Assembly (NCBI GenBank): GCA_032718475.1 | Contig: JAUCBJ010001297.1 | Location: forward strand, 1-64,000 | DNA length: 64,000 nucleotides | From: Nemertoderma westbladi | Lineage: Eukaryota; Animalia; Xenacoelomorpha | Direction of reading: 5' to 3' | In this document: in pieces, positions 38,416 to 51,624 of the stretch | Numbering within the stretch: the first letter of the stretch is position 1 | Layout of the letters: every line of letters begins with the position of its first letter | Position numbers and translations under genes: made by a program | Notes under the pieces: generated by a model | What the model was told of the DNA's origin: nothing | What the model saw: the letters and a program-made list of their open reading frames with translations, nothing else | Databases searched by the model: none

Positions 38416-39616
38416 GTAGGCCTACTTACTAACTAATCTTAATAGCACCACTTAGCATTTTTATTATAGTATATCGTAAATCTCTATTTAATGTGCGTTA
38501 CATTCAATATATTTTCTATGTCATTGTGACCGTCGTACTGTAGTTGTGCTCATAAGACCTAACTATTTACATGTACATATTTTATCTTCGGATCCGCTAA
38601 TAAACAAGTTCAAGCAATATTTAGTTTTACTACAGTAGTATTCCATACGTGGTAATTTACGGCCACTTAGTTTTCTTACAGAAGTACTGTAGCATTCCGC
38701 TTGCTTCATGATCATGACTTTGCTATTTAGTACGGGCCCACCTTGAATGGTATACACAATTATAATTATTATGCACCTATCAGCCTATTGGAATTCAGAT
38801 TTCCCGCCTTGGCAGCCTTTTCCTCAAGCTGCCAGCTCATCAATATTGCCAGCAATTGCAGACACGTACTGGTACAGTGGTACACTGTTCTGTCAGGCGG
38901 ACAGTACTGCAGTACAGCAGTACCGTACCGTACCAGCATGGCCCACGTCTGTACGTACCAGCGTACAGTACCTTGGTACCAGTACATACTGACATTCCAG
39001 TCAGGACAGCAGGAGCGAGCAGGCGAGGGTGCCCTATCAGCCTGTATCTCTAACAATGAACCAGTCCCCATTTCGGGTATAACTTTTGCGTAGAGGTATA
39101 GCCTACATAGAGGCTACATGTAGGTATGTGTAGCCTACATGTAGATGCACGTGTAGGGTGAATGTAGGTAGGTGTAGGTAGGTCTTTACAAACAACAATG
39201 ATGAATGAATAGGCCTACACGGGGTACCCAGACCCGAACTTCCTCGATGAGATGCGAATGCGGCGAACGGGGGTGGTACCCGGAACAACCACGAAGAGAT
39301 GCGCATATGGCGGGCGGTGGTACCCGAAACAACCAGGAGGACATGCGAATACGTCGAATGGGGGTCCCCTGAATACCCACGAGACGGAGCCTATCAATAC
39401 TACAGTACTACAGTAGGCCTACTGACAAAGGAAAAAACGACTGAACGATATACCCCGATACATACTGTAGATCTTATGATCCTGTGGTTTCAGGCATGAG
39501 GCTAATGACTTTGTTTGGGCCGAACGGCCCGAAACTGATGTTTCCAGTCAAGGAGGAATCGACTAACGGTTAGGGTTAGAGCTCGTCGTCGGTGTCCATG
39601 AGGCCATTCTGCTAAG

Positions 39617-40144
39617 TAGGGCATGTACGCCGAACGCGTTCGGCGCACAATTTTTTCCAGAATTTGGAGCAGGCGCAGAAAATTGAGAGCGCAGCGCAGC
39701 GCCGCGCAGCGTGCAGGCGCAGAAAATTTAGAGTGCCGCGCAACAGCGACAGGCGCAGAAAATTGATAGCACGGCTCAGACTTGCATTACAGCACTAAGT
39801 CAGTACCGGTAAGTAGACCTCCCCGCTACCCCTGGCAGTCTGCCGACTACCAGTAACAGGGTAATGACAATACAGATAAGACTGTAAGAAATACTGAAAT
39901 AATAAGCCTCCTACTTGCTACTTGGTGTGCTTTAGGCCAGTACAGCAGTAGGCAGGCAGGTACGTGGTAGGAGATTTCGCGCAGTATTTCTGCTGTGCGC
40001 GCCAATCTCGCGCAGAATTTCTGCTGCGCGCGCCAATCTCGCGCAGTTTTTCTGCTGCGCACGCGGATTTTGCACTGTTTTCGACTGCGCAGGCGCACAT
40101 TTTTTTCTGCGCCGCGTCGCGTTCGGCGCACAAAAAATCACTTA
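39617..40144. mobile_element. Degenerate hAT-like MITE with GCGCA-rich subterminal repeats
   Basis: TAGGGCATGTACGCCGAACGCG on the left and CGCGTTCGGCGCAC...CACTTA on the right, with inverted GCGCAGAAAA motifs. Confidence 0.5.
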
Positions 40145-42432
40145 GCATACGGGCCTATATGGGACACAAACAACCTATTTGGGACAAATTTAAATTAAAG
40201 CTATGATAGTGGGTTCTATTTTCTTTTGAATATTTCCATTATATTTATAAACTAAGTAAAATCATTTTGAGAAAGTCATACACTATTTGGCACACAAACA
40301 CCCTATATGGGACGAAAACAACCTATTTGGGACAAAGTTAAATTAAAGCAATGATAGTGAATTATATTTTCTTTTGAGTATTCAATTATATTTATAAACT
40401 ATTTAAAATCACGTTGAGAAAGTCACACGCTATTTGGGACACAAACACCCTATATGGGACACAAACACCCTATATGGGACATAAACAACCTATTTGGGAC
40501 AAATTTAAATTAAAGCTATGATAGTGAATTCTATATTCTTTTGAGTATTCCATCACATTTCGAAACTATTTGAAATCATTTTAAGCACTTCACACCCTAT
40601 ATGGGACACAATCACCCTATATGGGATACAAACAACCTATTTGGGACAAATTTAAATTAAAGCTATGATAGTGGATTCTATTTTCGTTTGAGTATTTCCA
40701 TTATATTTATAAACTATGTAAAATCATTTTGAGAAAGTCATACGCTATTTGGCACACAAACACCCTATATGGGACAAAAACAACCTATATATTTGGGACA
40801 AATTTAAATTAAAGCTATGATAGTGAATTATATTTTCTTTTGAGTATTCCATTATATTTATAAACTAGTGAATTATATTATCTTTTGAGTATTCCATTAT
40901 ATTTATAAACTATGTAAAATAATTTTGAGAAAGTCACACGCTATTTGGGACACAAACACCCTATACGGGACACAAACACCCTGTATGGGACACAAACAAC
41001 CTATTTGGGACAAATTGAAATTCAAACTATGGTATTGAATTCTATATTCTTTTGAGTATTCCATTACATTTCGAAACTATTTGAAATCATTTATAAGCAC
41101 TTCACACCCTATACGTTACACAAACACCCTGTATGGGACACAAACAACCTATTTGGGACAAATTGAAATTAAAACTATTGTATTGAATTCTATATTCTTT
41201 TGAGTATTCCATTACATTTAGAAAATATTTGAAATCATTATTTATAAGTAGGGTTCAACAGAAGGCACTTTATGGGGCCGAACCGAACCGAACCGAAGCA
41301 GGGCCAACTTCGGGCCGAACCGAACCGAACCGAAGCAGGTCCAACTTCGGGCCGAAGCGAACCGAATCCGAACCTAAGTTCAGAAAGTTAGCAAGTTATG
41401 GTCATAAATTCGTATTTACATCAATATACTGGCTGACTGGCAGTGGCAGACTGGTACCTATTTGGTCTGTGGACTTAGCGAGAAAGCTATGTTTAATTAA
41501 AAAAATAAATACTACAAAATAAAATGGCAATATTTACATTACTGTACATTACTAACCTAAACTACTGTATACTTATTGTATGCACCACATTTTCACCCGT
41601 AGTAAGCCGTACAGCAGTCAGTAGTGACATCAAATTTAGAAAACCTCACTAAAAGTACAGGTAGTCTTTGTAATACTATTTATATGAGGTAGTAGGTATA
41701 TTTGGTATTACAGTATGTATCAAAGTTATGATTAATTAAAAAATAGGGTACTACAAAGTGGTGCAGACAGTGATGCAGACAGTGGTGCAGACACTGGTGC
41801 AGACAGTGGTGCAGACACCTGGTGAAAATACTGAAATACCAGAGTACCACAAAACACAATACCACCAGGAACTATTATATTATATTTTATCATAGACTTT
41901 CTGACTTTATTATCTACAAATATGCGAGTAACTACTGAAAAGTTCTACATGAAGTAGGGAGGACGTATATAGTACAAGTCGAGGTGCGTGCGGGTGAATG
42001 TGCGCTGATTACAAATAATTATAAGTGGTGTGTACGAAAGTAATTAATCGGTATTCCCGTTTTCATAGAAACAATAATGTCTATAAATTGTAAGCAGCAA
42101 TGTCTCCAAGGAATGAGGTATAAGCGAAAGTGTTTGATTGTTTTTACATGACCTACTTTATACAGAGTATGTTTAATTTGTTTACCTTTACTGGAGCCAC
42201 TGCTTATTACTGTATAATAAAACGAGCTCATTAAGTTATTGTCTCATGCTGGGGATATACATTCACGAACTACTGTAAGGTCTCAGGAATTCTTAGCCCG
42301 CGAGTATTCTTAGCCTGCGAGTATTCTTGGCCCTTGGGTATTCTTAGCCCGCAAAACAATAACGTTTATTGTTTTGGTTCCCCCAATACTCCTCTGAAAC
42401 CTGTTCCTTTACTAACCTGCTCGCCCCTTTAC

Positions 42433-44630
42433 TGTCTGCACCAGTGTCTGCACCACTGTCTGCACCAGTGTCTGCACCACTGTCTGCACCACTGTCTGGA
42501 CCATTGTCTGCACCACTGTCTGCACCAGTGTCTGCACCACTGCCTGCACCAGTGTCTGCACCAGGTGTCTGCACCACTGTCTGCTCCACTGTCTGCACCA
42601 GTGTCTGCACCACTGTCTGCACCAGTGCCTGCACCACTGTCTGCACCAGTGTCTGCACCAATGTCTGCACCACTGTCTGCACCAGTGTCTGCTCCACTGT
42701 CTGCACCACTGCCTGCACCACTGTCTGCACCACTGTCTGCACCACTGTCCAGTCTGGTCCACTAGCCCAATCGGGAAACAATTATTGTGCCCGATCGGGA
42801 AAATTGCAATTGCCCGATTAGGAAATAATGAATTTCTATCAATGCAACTATAATTTACCATTTCCAGATTAATTAATGTTAGGCTGTTTACATTACTGGT
42901 GGGTATTTCTTTTGTTTATTGTGGTATGCCAATGATTATTAATATAATTATAATATATTAAACTGTTAAATTCAATAGTGATACCCGGTATAATTATTCA
43001 TTATGACTCCTAAAAGAACTTTTGATTGTACTGTGCTAAATCACGATTCAACAATGGTAGGTGTCTGGTTCTAAACTACAGGTATTCTGGGTGAACTTCT
43101 GGGGAATAATTTCACTTGCGATCTTGCACTTGTACTACTGGTCACAGGATTACTTCTTAGAGTGGATCGTTTTCGGTTATTCTGGCTGGAGTGCCAGTAG
43201 CAGTACCTGACGTCGTGACGTGGAGCGGTTACTACACCTACTGGTTGCCAATCGTAGTTGAGGAGTTAACACTAACCACTAACATAGAACTATTTTTAAG
43301 ATCATCACCTATAACTATTTAAATGGCAGTTCAATTTTATTTTTAATATACTTTTTAACGAGGACCCCCTGAGAGACTAGGTCTTTACCTCAAGGCACAA
43401 GGCTGCAAGGGGCATTCCTCGAGGCTAATATACCTGTGATTTTAATTAATTGGCTTGGTACTATAAATTAAATAATTTCAGTGATTTTAAGCGTGATTTT
43501 AAAGTGATTTTAAGCGTAATTTTAATGTGATTTTAAGCGTGATTTTAAAGTGATTTTAGGTTTGATTTTGAAGTGATTTCTGTATTTTAAGCGTGATTTT
43601 AACTTAGCCTGCATACATTCCTAAATTCGATTCGTGATTTTAATTAATTTGTGTTACCAAGCTTTTATTTTAACAAACATACTTATTCTTTTTAAAATTC
43701 AATTTGTGATTTTAACTTATTCGATTTGGTGCTTTGTGTTAGATCCTTGTTAAATACTTTCAGTTGGTCTTGCATATCTTTACCAGTTGTTGTTTCGTTC
43801 CAATCTTCCAATACTATATTAGTCCTCAATAAATAATCTCAATCTCAACTGCAGTCAGGTATATCAGTATATGATACTACAGATACTACTACCTGCCAGT
43901 CCAGTCAGCCAGTAGACTGTTTGACAATATAGTGGATAGCCTACTAGTACTGTAGTAGAGTCTGAGAGTGGTCTGGTGGTAGGTACTGTCAGACTGAAGG
44001 TCTTAGCTATCAGCCTTTAGCAGTATAGTTCCTGTACCAGTCTGCCAGTAGTTATGAATATGAAGATATTGTAATGTTTCCTGATCTGGCAATAAAACAT
44101 TTATGGAAATATTAAAATGTTTCCCGATCTGGCAATAATAAATTTCCTGATCAGGAAACTTAGATTTATTAACTTATATTAAACATTGCAATTTAAAGCA
44201 GCAAAAGTACATAATGAGCATCAAACCCATTGGTCACTAGGGACAGGTGATTATCCCTACACCTCAACTGTAATGCGCATCCTAACCAGTCAATGCGCAG
44301 AAATGTTTATGTTAATTTTTCCCGATCGGGAAACATTTATTGCCCAATCTGGAAATGCCTGTGTTTCCCGATTGGGCTAGTGGACTAGACTGCTGTCTGC
44401 ACCAATGTCTGCACCACTGTCTGCACCAGTGTCTGCACCAGGTGTTTGCACCACTGTCTGCACCAGTGTCTGCACCAATGTCTGCACCAGTGTCTGCACC
44501 AATGTCTGCACCACACTGTCTGCACCACTGTCTGCACCAGTGCGTGCACCACTGTTTGCACCAGGTGTCTGCACCAGTGTCTGCATCACTGTCAGCAGCA
44601 GCACCACTGTCTGCTCTGCACCAGTGTCTG
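42433..44630. repeat. 12-bp minisatellite GTCTGCACCAST (42433-42749 and 44393-44630; inverted copy at ~41757-41820)
   Basis: Directly visible tandem units. They explain the spurious SAPL/CLHH/CTTV ORFs. Confidence 0.95.
42750..44392. mobile_element. TIR element with 31-bp TIRs and apparent 5-bp TSD
   Basis: CAGTCTGGTCCACTAGCCCAATCGGGAAACA and TGTTTCCCGATTGGGCTAGTGGACTAGACTG, flanked by CTGTC on both sides. Confidence 0.85.
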
Positions 44631-47600
44631 CTTAACGTTTACACTCCTAAATTAATTAGTACAACGATGGACAGATTGAATAATCTTACTGTCTTCTGGT
44701 CTTGCTGTAGCTCAATCAGTCAATGTAATACTTGGAATATTTAGCAAAGCTTGCTCCGGGCTTCTGCAGTATCAATTGCAGAAGCCGAACCGAACCGAAA
44801 TTGCCAAACTTCGGCCCGAACCGAACCGAAGCCGAAGCTTCTGTTGAGCCCTAATTATAAGCAATTCACACCCTATACGGGACCAAACACCCTATATGGG
44901 ACAAAAACAATCTATTTGGGACAAATTGAAATTAAAACTATGGTAATGAATTCTATATTCTTTTGAGTATTCCATGAGATTTAGAAACTAATTAAAATCA
45001 TTTTGAGAAAGACACACGCTATTTGGGACACAAACATCCTATATAGGATACAAACACCCTATATGGGACATAAACAACCTATTTGGGACAAATTTAAATG
45101 AAAGCTATGATAGTGAATTCTATATAATTTTGAGTACCGGTATTCCATTACATTTCGAAACTATTTGAAATCATTATAAGCACTTCACACCCTATACGGG
45201 ACACAAACACCCTATATGGGACACAAACAACCTATTTGGGACAAATTTAAAAGAAAGCTATGATAGTGAATTATATATTCTTTTGAGTATTCCATTACAT
45301 TTCGAAACTATTTGAAATCATTATAAGCACTTCACACCCTATATGGGAAACACCTATTTGGGACAAATTTAAAAGAAAGCTATGATAGTGAATTATATAT
45401 TCTTTTGAGTACCGGTATTCCATTACATTTCGAAACTATTTGAAATCATTATAAGCACTTCACACCCTATACTGCTATATGGGAAACAAACACCCTGTAT
45501 GGGACACAAACAACCTATTTGGGACAAATTTAAATTAAAGCTATGATAGTGGGTTCTATTTTCTTTTGAATATTTCCATTATATTTATAAACTAAGTAAA
45601 ATCATTTTGAGAAAGTTATACACTATTTGGCACACAAACACCCTATATGGGACGAAAACAACCTATTTGGGACAAAGTTAAATTAAAGCAATGATAGTGA
45701 ATTATATTTTCTTTTGAGTATTCAATTATTTTTATAAACTATTTAAAATCACTTTGAGAAAGTCACACGCTATTTGGGACACAAACACCCTATATGGGAC
45801 ACAAACACCCTATATGGGACATAAACAACCTATTTGGGACAAATTTAAATGAAAGCTATGATAGTGAATGCTATATTCTTTTGAGTATTCCATTACATTT
45901 CGAAACTATTTGAAATCATTATAAGCACTTCAAACCCTATACGTTACACAAACACCCTATATGGGACACAAACAACCTATTTGAGTCAAATGTAAGACTT
46001 ATTAAGGACTATTTGGGATGAAGTTAAGTCTGGGGGAGGAGGTTGCGATATCACTAATTTGATTGTCATTTAATTATTATTATACGAATGTATTTAGATT
46101 TATTATATATATGTGAATAAATTGCACCACATGAATAAATTGCACAATGAATAAATTGCACAATGAATAAATTGCACAACATGAATAAATTGCACAATAT
46201 GAACAAATTGTACAACATGAAATGAAATAACGTGACTCTGACTATGGTGACACTATAGCCTATAATGCATCACAGTCTTAAGGCCATTTGCAAGGCACCC
46301 ACAGTATATATTTAACCATAACTAGGGAACATGTATTCCAAATGCAATTATTTAGAATGGGAATTTCCACTGTACATATACCTCAACCAGCTCTTGTCCC
46401 AAATACGTTGCTCTGTGCAGTATAGGTTGTTATAATGAGCCCCGGATTCGTAGCTGACACTTGTATTATAAATCAGTGGAATTTTCCATTAACCTTTACA
46501 TTATATAGCCAATAAGGGAGATGCCTAACTTTAGGAATGTTGGTATTGGTCCGATGACGAGGAGTTGGCTCATATGATGATTTGATTGGATGCCCCTATA
46601 TTGGACAGGTTGGAAATCATTACACAACGTATTTGGGACAGGTAGGAATAATAGAAAGCCCCATAGAAGTGAAGGGAAAAATCCTCTTCTGGACAATGAT
46701 GTAGACACTACTCACTGGCAGGACAGTCGCAGTAGTACTGACAGTGGTCAAATTAAGAAGTAATTTTCTAGAAAAGACAGTTTTTTTCACGTGCTGCGCG
46801 AAGGGCACATCGTCCTATGCAGCCGTAAAATTTACATCACATTAAATACACGACCAGGAGTATCTGTCTGTAGATTTCCCGGCAAATTGAAGGAAAATTG
46901 AGGAAATGGTGCACATATGAAAACAGGCAAAAATTGACTTTACGAAAAAATCCCATAAACTCATGATTTTCTATCGTGCTGCTCGAAGCAGAAAATCACC
47001 TAATTTAAAATTTTTTTTCTATGAAGTTACACATAGGTCAGAGAGTGTCTATTTGAAATTTGACACAAATTGGTCCAAAAATGGCCACCGGGGAAAGGTG
47101 TTTGTCACTGTGCCTCAAATTTGATAGAACCGATTTGCGAGACAGTAGGATGGCTAAAACGTCTGTCCTTATCTGATCTGACGGTATCTGATACTTATTC
47201 CACCTTGGTTCAGAGCGCACCTTGGTGTAGTGGTTATATTGAATTCACATCTTCTGACCTTTGCCAGTTTGCGGCCACATTTGTCTAGAACAGTAGAAAT
47301 TGGCTCCAAACTGTGGAAGAACGATGGTACAGTATTCCAATTGACAGATAGAGCTAGGGCAGGCTGGCAGGCGAATATTACATAAGTCTTCAGGCTGTCA
47401 GGGAGAGGAATGGCTTCATTTGATATACAAAGTTTTAAAGAGGACATCCAACAACCAGTAAACATATTTTTTTCTGAAGATGTGTGATATGAATGATGAA
47501 CAGAACCGATGAATGCCAGAATATGTAAACCACCAAATTCTGGAATTGATTCAACATCTACAAGATATAGTAGGCCTTCCTGAGTCTGTGACTGTGCAGC

Positions 47601-47650
47601 TGTGTGAGCTTGAATCTCGCAACAGTGAGGATTTGGTCTACTGTTCTTAC

Positions 47651-48439
47651 TAGGGCTCGATCGGAGCTCCGGCCTCCGGCTCCGGCTCCGGCCATTTTGG
47701 CACCTCCGGCTCCTGCTCCGGCTCCGGTAAAAATATTGCCGGAGTTAATTTTTTAATAAAGTATTATATTTCGTGCATATTCTAATCTGAACAATTATTT
47801 ACACTATAAGTACTGAAGTAAGTAGCCTACTGTAGTTGTAGTACAGCTTCAATATCAAGCAGAATACCGGTACTGCAGTACTACAGTATTTACTTAAAGT
47901 CAATGACTGACTGACTGTACTGCAGTACTGGTACTGGCCAGCTGGCTGACTAGCAGACTATTACAGATAGGCCCTACTGTAAAAAATTGTAAATGCTATG
48001 AATGTACACTAGCTGTACCGGTACCACTGCAGCCATTTACTGCTGTCATGCCATGCCAGCATACTGTACTGCAGTACGGTACTGGTACACGTACGGTAGG
48101 CTACCTACAGTACACATCTCTACCACGGTTAGTGAGTTAGGTAGGCTACTGTGTAGGTAATTTTTAGCCGTCACGTCAGGCCGTCTGTCCGTGATAAATT
48201 AATTACTTAAATTTTAAATTGAAAATTCGTAAATCTATAAATTATGAAATTAATTAGACCTACAGTATGATTGATTTTGAGCGATTGGCGAACGATAACC
48301 ATACTTTATCTTTTTTAAAAAAATAATTAAATTTTTAAAATTTTTGAAAAACTCCGGCTCCTGCTCCGGCTCCGGCCAAATTGTCCAACTCCGGCTCCTG
48401 CTCCGGCTCCGGCCAAATCCCAACTCCGATCGAGCCCTA
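47651..48439. mobile_element. hAT MITE with perfect 8-bp TSD GTTCTTAC
   Basis: TAGGGCTCGATCGGAG...CTCCGATCGAGCCCTA with GGCTCC subterminal repeats. A solo copy of the same end lies at 51211. Confidence 0.93.
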
Positions 48440-50399
48440 GTTCTTACCAACAGTAAGGCTGTAAGGAAGGATAGCGAATTTCTCTAGTCTTCTGCATTTT
48501 TATCACCAATCACTAACGGAGTTAACAATCATTAAAGTTATTGACTGTAAGTTGCTGTGCTGTAAGGTTAAGCCTACCCTGTATACATGTCATGTCACAG
48601 GTTACACTGGTCACCCATTCTCACCAAGCTCTATAAGCACTAAGCAGCAAAGCCTACTGCTACACCCTACTGCCAGACTGCTGGCAGGCTGGTGATGTTG
48701 TAAAGACTGGCGAAATTTGAGGTTTTGTCTCAAGTTTGAGGTTTAACCTCAAATTTCAATTTTCGCCCCCAATAAAAGCATGTTTGCATCGGTGAATTAT
48801 TTTATTGCATCGATAAAAGTTCTTATTTTACATTATATTTTAACATATTAAAAGTAGAAGTTGCTCCAACAGTTTCCCTAAGTCGCAGCAACACTCGATA
48901 TTATGAGCCTAAAAATACCTCAAATTTGAACAAAAAACCCCAATTTTCGACAGTCTATTACCAGAATTCGAAATTTGGGGTAACCCCAAAATTGATGATC
49001 TCCCTGACTGTCCAGCTGTCTGGCTGTTAGGCCTATGAATATATACAATAATGAAGGCAAAGGAATACAGGATTAAGAAACGATGTTAATCACTTAGGCC
49101 TACTCAACACTGTTAGAATTTTTTGACAAATTTTTTAGATTTAAAATTAAAATTGAATATTATGACTTTGGCACTTTACTTTAGTCAGTTAGTGTCAAAT
49201 CTTTCAATATTCGGTATTCGGCATTCGGTACCGAATTTTTTTTCAAATTCGGTTCGGTTCGGCAAAATTTTAAATTCGGTCGATCCATAGTTAAGTTACA
49301 ACAGTCTGACAGTGCAGCAGCCAGCAGCCAGCACACAGCCAGGCAGTGTCTGAGTGTTGTGTTAGCACTAACCTGAAATTAGTAATCCTATCCAGAGAAT
49401 AACACTGAAACAAATTCCAACTCCATGACTACTAGGCCTATTTCCTCTTCTACAATATGCCATAACATGTGTTCAATGAATCCAGGAGTCTGTGTGTTCG
49501 TTCACAGTCTGACAGTACAGCAGTACCGGTATGACTGTACAGCTGTATATGACAGTGCAGTGCACCACGCACAGTCAGTCCAGCAGGCAGGCAGGCCCCT
49601 AACAGCCTAATCAGATAGTGTGGCGTGTGGGTTGGGCTGTTGGGTATAACAGGATCAGGAACACATGAGAGTAAAAATCCAAGCAATCATTTTTTGAACT
49701 TCCAATGATATTGGAGGTAGAATTATATGTCAGATGCCGTCTGATCCGATCCGATCCGATCCGACTCGATCCGATCTGATGCAATTCAGCAATTATTCTA
49801 GCTACAACTGTCAGACTGCCGACTGTACAAGCCTAGCTGCTTAGGCCTACTTCTGTTTTGCCTATCACAGTCCGGGTCACACAATATCCGGGTAAATCTA
49901 TTCGATCTACGCGTAGTTTGTAATTTCCATTCCTGTCATTTACCGGTAGGGCCAGACTTTACTGCCTTTTTAACAACTACGCGTAGGTGTTTTAAAACTA
50001 CGCGTAGGTATTTTGAAACTACGCGTAGGCAGTCCTGATAACAAAGATTTTTCATTCCAGGTCCGGTAGGACTTGAGTTGTTAGGCAAGTATCGATATAT
50101 CCGGTATCTGATTATCAGACAAACGGAATAACGGGATCGGTAGCTCATTGCTCTACATACAGCATCGGTAATAAATAATATTGGGCTCTTTCAAATACAA
50201 ACACGGGATGAATAAAAAGTAGACTTAAAATCCACGTATATTACCAAGTCCCTTTTTTTATCATTTTAAATATTCTACAGTACAATAAGCTACCACCCAG
50301 TGAAAAATGCCCCTGCGAATCGAATGTGATAATGAAACGATGGGCGATTTTCTTGTGATTTAAGAAATGCGATTATACGATTATCATGAGATTCATATC

Positions 50400-50990
50400 T
50401 TATTTACACCTGCGATTCAGAGCATTCGATTAGAATGCGAATTAAGTCTTTTTTACACTTGTGATTCAGGGCATTGGATTACAATGCGAATCATATCTAA
50501 TTTGCGCATGTGATTCAGGGCATTAGATTACAATGCGAATCCTGCCTTATTTACGCATGTGATTCAGGCCATTAGATTACAAACCGAATCCTGCCTTATT
50601 TACGCATGTGATTCAGGCCATTAGATTACAAACCGAATCCTGCCTTATTTACGCATGTGATTCAGGCCATTAGATTACAAAGCGAATCCTGCATTATTTA
50701 CGCATGTGATTCAGAGCATTAGATTACAAAGCGAATCCTGCATTATTTACGCATGTGATTCAGGGCATTGGATTACAATGCGAATCCTGTCTTATTTACG
50801 CATGTGATTCAGAGCATTAGATTACAATGCGAATCATTTCTAATTTGTGCATGTGATTCAGGGCATTACAGTAGATTATCATGCGATTCCTGTCTTTATA
50901 TGCGCATGCGATTCAGAGCAATATATTATAATAATGCGATTCCTGTCTTATTTTACACCTGCGATTCAGACAATTATGTAGTTCATCATA
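50400..50990. repeat. 49-bp tandem repeat, ~11 copies, degenerate at the edges
   Basis: GATTACAAAGCGAATCCTGCCTTATTTACGCATGTGATTCAGGCCATTA-like units. Confidence 0.92.
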
Positions 50991-51624
50991 TTTACGCATG
51001 CTATTCAGACCATGCGATTATCTTGTGAATCATATCATATCTTACATATGAAGTAATTCATTATGAATTTGCGATTCACGTGTGTGCCCCATTACATTTT
51101 CCCCTGTGATGCGCAAGTACAGTTTATTTGTCAATACTTTTAAAAATTAGGACGTTTATACTGTACTATATTCTTTATGCTGTTATGGTGTACTTGTAGA
51201 GCAACTACAGTAGGGCTCGATCGGAGTTGAAATTTGGCATCACTTACTAATCTGAGTTGTAAATTGTAGGCCAGGTTGGAATTCATGCTGCAAAACTGGG
51301 TATAACTTTTCGCCGTATCCGTATCCGTATGCATTTGCCATATCCGTATCTACATACGCGTACTGTACAGTATGTGCGTATGTAATGGATTCCTATGGAG
51401 AATAATCCGTATGTGATTTTAGAGATTAGGCATTGCGGACCAGTAAGAAGTGCACTGCACACATGCAGACTTCAGACAGGTAGGCCTACTTAAAGCTACT
51501 GTAAGTGATTTAAAGAGTGTGGCTGCCGCTACCTTTTATCAAATAAACAATGCAGGAGAGGTCCAGGATGAGTGACAGCTGGTGTCCTCCAGCCCCGGGT
51601 TGCGCCGGCAGTGCAGTACCTATG

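Larger units (their letters stand above)
41249..44853. mobile_element. hAT-like non-autonomous element with 8-bp TSD
   Basis: TAGGGTTCAACAGAAG...CTTCTGTTGAGCCCTA with CCGAA subterminal repeats. Flanks are TTTATAAG and ATTATAAG. Confidence 0.88.
40152..46000. repeat. ~130-150-bp satellite array with variable 20-bp CCTATATGGGACACAAACAC subrepeats, split by an insertion at 41249-44853
   Basis: Recurrent CCTATTTGGGACAAATT...AAAGCTATGATAGTG units at 40152-41240 and 44860-46000. Confidence 0.93.

Noticed and set aside
42334-42861. Overlapping ORFs with SAPL/CLHH/CTTV/VQT repeats (antifreeze- or metallothionein-like)
   Set aside because: Translation of a stop-free 12-bp minisatellite in several frames, inside a MITE. 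The same applies to 44340-44744.
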